In this document: positions 56,078-64,000 of the stretch, piece by piece | How the letters are laid out: each line of letters starts with the position of its first letter | Position numbering within the stretch: position 1 is the stretch's first letter | Source: Amoebophrya sp. A120 | Lineage: Eukaryota; Protista; Dinoflagellata | Length of the DNA stretch: 64,000 bases | Assembly (NCBI GenBank): GCA_905178155.1 | Contig: CAJINV010000006.1 | Span: forward strand, 1,861,876 to 1,925,875 | Direction of reading: 5' to 3' | The notes under the pieces: model-generated | The model's database searches: none | The model's input: only the letters and a program-made list of their open reading frames with translations | What the model was told of the DNA's origin: nothing | Translations under genes and position numbers: made by a program

Positions 56078-59000
56078 ATGTACGCGAACCAGTCATCTTC
56101 ATATTCGGGGGTGCGTGGTGGACCACGATCACAGCGACAAGGTGGTGCTACTGCAAAAAATCAAGGCACTAGTGTCAAGAACACGACTTCAAGTTGTACT
56201 AGCATGTCGAGCAGTCGAGCAACCCCTCTTCCAGGTACTTCGTATGATTATGATTACCAGCAACAGCAGACTAGGGACAACAGTAGAGACCACAGGCCGC
56301 GCGGCGGGGGTCAACAACTCGAAGACCACAGGCCGCGCGGCGGGGGCCAACAACAACAACTCCGCCAAGCGGACGAGCACAATACTATCCCGTACCCAGC
56401 GGTCCCCTCTCGGCCGCCCGTTCCTGGCGACGGGTTGTACGCGAGTCGGCACGAAGGAGCTCCTGCAGGGAAAGCTGCTGCCAACAGGTTTTATTCCGCA
56501 ACGGGAGGAGGTGGCCGCGGTGGTGGGGCTGGAGCTCCAACTGCTTCTGGGGCGAGGCATGTGGATCATCAACAGAAGTCCTCTCCTTCGTACTACGACT
56601 ACCAGGATGCAGCTGACCACCAGGACCAACGACCAAGTGGAGGCATGATCAATCAGGTTATGGATGTGTCAGGATCGAAATCGACAAAATCGAAACAATT
56701 TGTGATGCATAAAGCCGCTACTAGTTGGAGCGCAGTTTCTCAGTGGCGCATGACAAATTTCGGGAGCACCAAAATCCAGTCTGTCATGCTGTTCGGGCAA
56801 ACAAGACTGCTCCTGTCATGCTACTCTGGCAGCACATTGTGTACCCGTAAACAGGCTTACAATCGGTCTCAGTTGCCTTATCCCCAATACAGGCCTCTAG
56901 TGTCCTACAGTTTATGCATCACAAATTTTTCGACTTTGTCGATTTCGATCCTGACAGTTCCATACAGGTTCGGGCAGGAGTACAAACCGCGAAGATTTCT
57001 TCACACCCTTCTATCAAATGTAAAAATGTCTGTGTCTGGAAACTTCTGATGCAGTGTGGCGTATCATGAGGAGACCACAATTGCTGGCTCAGCATGACAA
57101 GTTTCTCAGCTTCTAGGTGTTGCCTATTCTGCAAGACAAACTACGTTTCTGCATGACAGAAAAGTGTGGCTCTTTGGTAATGTGCATGACAGATTTAAGA
57201 GTCATGCCAGACAAGCATGACAAACTTGCATTCTTCCAGACCCAGACATTTTTACACTTGATACCTTCTGCGAAGGAACAACAACAACATCATGCTAGAG
57301 ATAATTTCAAGATGGGACGTGCTGGAGGTGGGGAGCCAACGTACAGTAAAAATTCGACGGCGGACTATCCTCGTCGAGGTCCTCTGCAAAGGGATCACGT
57401 TCTTCTTGACAGCTTCAGCTACGGTCGCGATCATTACAACAATCAGACTCGTCGTTCCTACGAGAACGGCGACCAGGGAGAGGTGGTCCCTGGTGGCCAT
57501 CGAGCTACTACAGAACGCTCATACAACAGGAACAGCTACGACGACCTCCAGAACTATGAAAACCCCCAGTTACTGGACATCCAGCGCGAGGATCGGGGGT
57601 CGACATGGGCGGGCTACAACAACTACCGTAATGCTCATTCCGGCGGACCAACATCTTCGAGACGAGACGCACAAAATTACGTCCACCAGTATCAAGAAGC
57701 AGGGTCGTCAGGGATGAATAAAAATGCGCTCGACCGACAGCAGCAGCAGTGCGGGGGCGGAGCGGCTGCGGCTTCATCCTCGGGCGCTGGTGGTGGTGGC
57801 CACTACAAGAACAATCACAAGCCCAACTACATGTTGACCAAGAAGAGTGGCACGACAAACCCAAATGCATCCGGCTTGTTCAGTGGGAAGAACAAGAACC
57901 CCTGCCATGTGTTCCCCCTGAAGCCGGACTACAGCTCGCATGTGTTGCCCCCACCGCCATCCGCATCATCTGCCGGCGCAGGAGTCTATCACGGTAACAC
58001 TCGTAACAAAAACGATACGTTTTACAACCGCCGGCGACCGAGTTCTTTCGAGATGGAAACGAGAGGCTTGGAAAATCAAGTAGACCACTTGTCTCAGTCA
58101 GGAGGACCAACCTCCCGCCCGAGGAGCCGGGCTGGAACAAGTACGAGCGGAAAACAAGATCAGGACCACCGGCAAGCGCAACACCATCCTCAGCATCAGA
58201 GTGGTCAACAACATCCGTGGATAATGAAAGGCGATGACGCGGTACAACGTAGTTGTCGGGGAACTAGAATATTAAATACTGGCACTGTAGTTGACCACAG
58301 AAGCAGATACTGTGACGACGCGGCAACTGAAGTTGAAGAGAATATTGAAGCAAATTACTCAACACGCGGCCCACCCCCACCTCCTGCTGTTCATGAGTAT
58401 AATCAAAATCATGCGAGCTCGAGCAGTAGAATAGTACAGAAAGGTGGAAATAACATTCCGATGAACAAGGGCAAGATAAATGCAGCAGTGGTTCACAAAA
58501 AAGACAACAAGCCCGCGGCCCACTACCGAGTGGAAGACCAGCGAGGAGGGCAGCAGCAAAACTTTTACGCGAACAAACGAGATGAAGTTTTGACACGGGG
58601 GCCTGGAGAAACGGACCACGATTTTATTCACCAAGGCCACGACCCGCCAAGTAAAGGAGATCATGGACGACGGCGTCTGGGACACCAGCGGGGCTATCAG
58701 TACGGTGAAGAACATGATCAGGGGGCTCATGATTTTTACCTGAACATGGAGCAGCAGCAGCAGCATGGAGAGCCCACTGCAAGTACTTCTAGAGCTCCTG
58801 CTCACGATCTTCATCACTTGTGCAATGTTGTTGCACGAGGAGAGCAAATTGAGGGACAAGATGAACATTCCCCGGTGGACAGACAGAACCGCTCGCGTGC
58901 GAATTCGAGCCGCACACCCGCGGCGCCGTCCGGGTCCTCTTCCCGCGAGGGAGGAGCAACAACTCGTGATGTTCATGTTGGCCTGCAACAACATCCAGCT

Positions 59001-62000
59001 CAGCAGACCATGACTTCGGCGCAGGGCGGAGGAGGTGAAGATTATCGTACACTGAGGACCTTCAAGCAGTGTGAGTCAGAGCGCTACGATATCACAAGAA
59101 AAAGTGTACACGTACACGGTTTGCGTTTTTTCCCCAAAAAAATTTTTTGGCGGCCCCCTAGCGAGACGTAGTGGCACCACTTGAAGCCTTCGCCCCGGCG
59201 TTGGAGAGACTGTCGCTCTACAATGGTCTGATTTAACTATGGGCGCAAGCTTTTAGGGTCGCCGCCCAAGCCCGATGCATTTTGGTGGATGATATCCACG
59301 AGGCAGACCTGCGATCCTGGCTCCAGATGGGGCCCCTTGCATCAGCGCAAAGCAGCTCCCCCTCCAATGCCCGACAGTGTCCCACCGCCATGAACACTCC
59401 ACCCCCACCCGCCAGGCTGTGTTTGGTGTCGGAAACATTGATGGGGGCTGCGGAATATTGTTTGGGCGGGAGCCGAACTGCTTCAGATTTCTCGGCAGGT
59501 TCGTCTGGCTGTGTTGTGTTCCGAGATCTGGGAAAGTTTCCAAATTTCGGATGTCCGGAAAAACGCAATTTTTTGCATACATCCAAGGGCATATTTTTCA
59601 GATTGGCCAAAAACCGTGTACATGGAACCTAGCCACCACGCTATGGTCCACGTACACGGTTTCAAAAGTAGGAAATACGCAACAAATTTCAAAAAGGGGC
59701 CACAAAAACCGTGTGCATCGCATCTAGACTGCATGGTATGGCCGATGTACACGGTTCAGAGCGTCTATCTCCGGGCCCGACCACTTCGCAGACCGTGTAC
59801 ATCCATCATACCATGCAGGTTGGATGCGATGTACACGGTTTTTTGATGGTGCGCAGTTTCACGCTCGAAATTCAGATAAGTTTGCCTCTTTTTCTGCGGA
59901 TTTTCTTGACCCCAAGAAAAACCGTGAATGAGCAAAACCGTGAAGATTATCGTACAATGAGGACCTTCAAGCAGTGTGAGTCAGAGCGCTACGAACGCCA
60001 GCGGGATTTGTACACTAAGGCTTTCATAAACAACAGGAAGACCAACTACACGACAAACGACCGTCCTGAAATGGAAAGGAACTCATCTCATCTCCAGGGT
60101 CGCAGTAAACAGCTGCGCTTGTCTGCGGATCAGGATCAGGAACAAGAACCTACGCAGCAGCACCAGCACAACCAGCAAGTTCTTGAGGATCCGCTTTATT
60201 TTCCTGAAACATCGTCAACCTCAAGTCGGATCGGGTCCGATCCGGTCACTACGACCGAAAACTCCACCAGTAGCAGTTTCTCTTCATCTGGTGGTGCAGA
60301 TGGGAGTACTGCTGGTGCAACTGGATGCCGTAAAAATGACGGAAAAATCGTCCAGGATGATCATGTTGGGAATTTTTCTAGAAACCCCGACGTGGTTGCC
60401 GGAGTTGCACGACCTGCTGCCGCTGCAGCTTCAGAAACGCCTGCGCCACCTGTGCGGCATCATGTTCTTGAAGCGAATATAAATTTGAATCCCGCAGTAG
60501 GAGAACCATCAAATCGCGTTCTTGCACCTCCTGCTCGTGCACCACCACCTCCACCGGCAATAATTTCCAACGAGGACATGGGAGGGTCTTGTCAGTACGC
60601 TGGGGTTCTTGAGTTGCATGGGGACAATCGGGAAGATCATGATTACGACGTTCAAATGCAGGATAAAAACGATGGTGTTCTTGGTTCGTCTCCTCCTGAA
60701 AAAAACCTTCGAGGACTTCTCGAAACACAGCACGGAGGTTTTATTTCAAGTCGAAACGAGAACGACCAGCAGGTGCAGGACCACTCTCACTATAGGACGA
60801 AACAAGTACCTCCGCTGCACGAGGAAGGGACAAGGAACGCTGGCCGCGAACAACATCAAGGGAGGCTGAAGGTTTTGCCTAATAATCCGTTGAAAGAATG
60901 TGTAGCTGCTGCTGGTGACCATGATCATGAATTCAAAGCAACTTCTGCTGCGAGATACGAGCAAAGTGCTGCGGCGCAGGACCACGAGCACGACGAGATC
61001 ATGCAAGACGTTTCTTCTACGAATTCTGTGACCGCTCCCAAGAACCACAGAGCGAACAGAAGTGGCACGACGGATGCTGATCGTAAGCAGACTGACACAA
61101 CTCTCGATGCTGATCGTAAGCAGACTGACACAACTCTCGTCGATGATATTTCTGCTGGAGATGCTCTTGATAAAAAACAGCAGCAGTTCCATACTTCTTT
61201 ACCGGGTCCTCGTGATCCGGTAGTGGTTGAGGGTTTCGAGGATAATGCGACTCTACACGCTCTTGGTCAGGACGTTGATGTCGAAACAAAAAAGACCGCC
61301 ACGGAAAATAGGAAAGCAAGGGAGCCAACGGCTCAAGATTTGGTGGACCGGGAAGAACAAAATTCCGAGATACTTGGTGCGCCGAATCTTTCTACTCCTA
61401 GCACTTCGGTAAAGCAGAGAAGCTCCGCGCAGCAAGAAGAAGATGAGCTTGTCCACGGAATGAACAAACGGCCTAGCAGCTCGTCCTCCACCGTAGCAGA
61501 AGTCGTGGCGGGAGGTTTGGTCTCTAGTACAACTTCTGCACAAGATAAGCAGCAAGAAAAAGATCCAGGAGCGGCAACGGAATCATCATCGTCCCGACCC
61601 CGAGAAGAAGTGGTGGACGAAAATAGCAGGAATAGCCACGACATCAAGCAGGATCTTCGCGTCGACAAAGCAGGAGCCGCCACGGTCGTTTACGCAGCTT
61701 TAGCGGCGGCTACGAGCAGCGAACCGGTGGAGAGGGCCAGAGTGATTAGGGAAGGAGAAGGAGAGGACACAACGGTCTACGTTTCCCTTACCCCGAAAGA
61801 CCCTTTGAACACCAGCAACAGACACAACGACCTCCGAAACAGACGGGGAGGTGCAGCTGGGGTCGTCGTCCCGGGGGGACAACAAACCCTTGGAGGTCCA
61901 CCCTCAAGTGGAGCTCCTGGTCCCACGACAGGAAGTAGTGTCCTCGTGGATCAACACCCAGGTTCTGGCTCTCTGTCCGCCACAGGAGATGAAACCATTG

Positions 62001-64000
62001 ACGAAAAGACGGAGCTGAAGCGGCGCAAAAACCGGGAGAAAAACGCGAAGAAGCGGCAAAGAAAGGCGGTGCAGAAGCGGGCACAAGGGAAAGCCGTACG
62101 GATCTGGGAACGGTTGCTGAACGAAGGGAATGTGGATCCGGAGTTGATCAAAAAATCGATGGAGTATTACAGTTACCTAACTCACCCGCTGGATGACGAG
62201 GACGAGGACGGGTTCTGTGACAATAACTACGAAGTAGACGGGGATCTCGGATCCGGGGCCGCGGCTGCAAAAAAGCACAACATGGTGCTGAATAAACAAG
62301 GGAGCTGCACCATGAAAACAAGCAGCTCTTCCACTTCGATGAAAGGTCAGTCTGCGTCCTCCTCCACTGCGGCAAGTCAACAGCATACTACCAGCTACCC
62401 CAACATCAACCAGAAGAAACCCGCAGCTCCCAACAGCACCCCCGCCCTGCCGAAGATTTTCAGCGTGTTCGCCAACAGTGCAAAATTGCTGCCTCCGGAA
62501 ATCGAGCAGGAGTTCCTACGACAACTGAAGACGTTGGAAGAAGACTACAACGAGAAATGCGCGCATTTGATATCCTGTGCAAAAGTATCGTACTCGTATT
62601 GCAATCATGCATTTACAAATCTTTTTCTTGAGGTAAATCGGCACTACAAATTTTATTTCTCATGCTGAGGAAATTTGTGATGCATTTATACGAGTGCGAT
62701 ACCTTTGCAATTCATATTTGAACGTCCGCACCAATAACCCAGATGACGCGACTTTACTCCAGATGGAAACTAATCGAAAGCTGAAGGCGCTTTGCGAGCA
62801 GCTGGACATCAAAATGGAAAAGGCGGACGGGAAGGGGTATGCGGTTGAAGAGGTCTGGGAGGATTGGGAAGAAGAAGAACGTGACATAAACGGAGACCTT
62901 CTCCACGGCTCCTGCAACAGTCCGGCGGACAGCGGTGCTGAAGCGGAACAATTTTACGACGACGGATTCTTCCACGGACAGGAACACGCAGGTAGATCAG
63001 CAGGACAACATTCACGCCACTTTACTGACCACGAGCAAACAAACCTGAGCGGCGTAAAGGGAAAGCGGAACGCTTTTCCAGGCGGAGGTGGTGGCTCATC
63101 TTTCCGTGTGAGAAACAAGAATGAAGATGATTACAATACCCAACACGAACAAGTAGACCACATTGTTCAGGAGCTGGAAAATAATAACGGGTTTGCAAGT
63201 GGTAAGAGGCGCGGCGTTGGTGCTGACAACAAGCTCCACCGCGGCCAGAAGGACCCTTTTCAGCAGCAATATCAAATTGTGAAGCACGGTAGCGGCCTTG
63301 GGGCAGAAGATAATTTTCCGAGGCTATCGGTAAACAGTACAAGTAATCATGCCGATGAGGAGCGCGAAGTTGACAATTTTCACTACTATGAGCATTTTCA
63401 GCACCTAAACCGAAGTTCCACTGGGAACAGTAACAGCTCCCCGGCTTCTTCTTCTACTCGAAAAACTACTCCAGGCGGACTCTGCTCCAGCACTGCGCCC
63501 AACGCGATTGATGTGAACCGCGCCCGCGTTGACGGCTTGCTGAGTCAGAAGACCACACAGGACAAGCTCCGCAGTTTGCTGTATGGCGGGCACAGCAGTT
63601 GGGGGAAGAGTGACTGGTGGGACGCGGAAAGGAAGCTGCGGCGGAAGGAATCGTTTCAACGCGATATGCAACGAGACAAGGATGATCTCGAGTCGATCAG
63701 CAGTAGCAACACGGCTTCTACTACGTCTGGGCTTGTTCAGCGATATGGATCATTTCATCCCGCCGAACAAGAGAAGTCAAACAGAACATCCGCTGCTGAA
63801 GGGTCTTATTTTTTCCCCGGGGCGGCTGCATCCGGAAATAAAAGTGGAAAGAACTCGGGAGGTCCGAATTCATCGCCCCCTTGCTATCCGAGTTATAGTA
63901 CTAGCGGTAAGCCAACGGAGGAATCCTTGCCACCATTACATCCGAATTTGCAAAGAAGTACTAGTGGCCCACCTAGTCGTCCACTTGGCAGCCCGATGCT
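56078..64000 (+). CDS. Very large low-complexity (G/S/Q/N/H-rich) hypothetical protein running off the window end; 3 introners plus an insertion at 59090-59939
   Basis: Long ORF segments 56078-56658, 57269-59089, 59940-62570 and 62722-64000 join in frame when the elements are removed. No recognisable domain. Confidence 0.7.
56659..56964. mobile_element. Introner, family G
   Basis: DR caggt/caggt. Confidence 0.9.
57012..57263. mobile_element. Introner, family A
   Basis: DR ccttc/ccttc. Confidence 0.9.
59090..59939. mobile_element. 850-bp insertion with an introner-like left end and gtacacggtt/aaccgtgtac motifs, between 55-bp direct repeats
   Basis: Starts tatcacaagaaaaag; no right TIR. Flanks 59035-59089 and 59940-59994 differ at 1 position. 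Confidence 0.8.
61073..61138 (+). repeat. In-frame 33-bp tandem duplication (DADRKQTDTTL x2)
   Basis: gatgctgatcgtaagcagactgacacaactctc twice. Confidence 0.9.
62571..62716. mobile_element. Introner, family B
   Basis: DR tttga/tttga. Confidence 0.9.

Noticed and set aside
510-57260. Recurring ORF peptides such as KCKNVWVWK, FQTQTFLHL, QKYRTR and KIPPPHI that suggest a repeat-protein family
   Set aside because: They are translations of introner TIRs in various frames and disappear once elements are removed.
59711-59939. N-terminus of the 985-aa ORF as a real protein start
   Set aside because: It lies inside the 59090-59939 insertion; the coding frame resumes at the duplicated exon segment at 59940.
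504-62716. Ciliate IES-type DNA elimination as the explanation
   Set aside because: Genes read in the standard code, DRs are variable 5-mers outside TAT...ATA ends rather than TA, and some elements have converted to GT-AG introns, which points to RNA-level removal. Not formally excluded without read data.
1-64000. Autonomous transposase, reverse transcriptase or recombinase for the introners
   Set aside because: No ORF or spliced model shows DDE, RT, HUH or tyrosine-recombinase motifs that I can recognise.
1-64000. tRNA, rRNA, snRNA genes or dinoflagellate spliced-leader relics
   Set aside because: None recognised by eye; no CCGTAGCCATTTTGGCTCAAG-like match seen. A covariance-model search was not possible.

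Overview
Eukaryotic (protist) genomic DNA. It holds about 8 protein-coding genes, all on the + strand, broken up by roughly 84 short non-canonical introns (mostly 135-340 bp) that look like MITE-type DNA transposons. Each typically begins with TAT, ends with ATA, has imperfect terminal inverted repeats (TIRs, about 12 families) and sits between 5-bp direct repeats (DRs). Removing each element plus one DR copy by hand restores continuous reading frames. This reveals a BCP1/BCCIP gene (392-4285), a very large casein-kinase-1/TTBK-like kinase (~35191-48884) and several hypothetical proteins. Most ORFs in the supplied track are artefacts of these repeats. The architecture matches the introner elements described in the parasitic dinoflagellate Amoebophrya (Farhat et al. 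2021); the organism is inferred, not verified. Notable extras: an intron-free paralogous fragment carrying the empty sites of three introners; an 8-bp motif (TGTNATGC) shared inside essentially all families; insertion in both orientations; introners decayed into GT-AG introns; a 2-kb hairpin satellite nested in one introner; and repeated insertions flanked by long (25-80 bp) direct repeats. All coordinates and splice models come from manual reading, with no RNA data.
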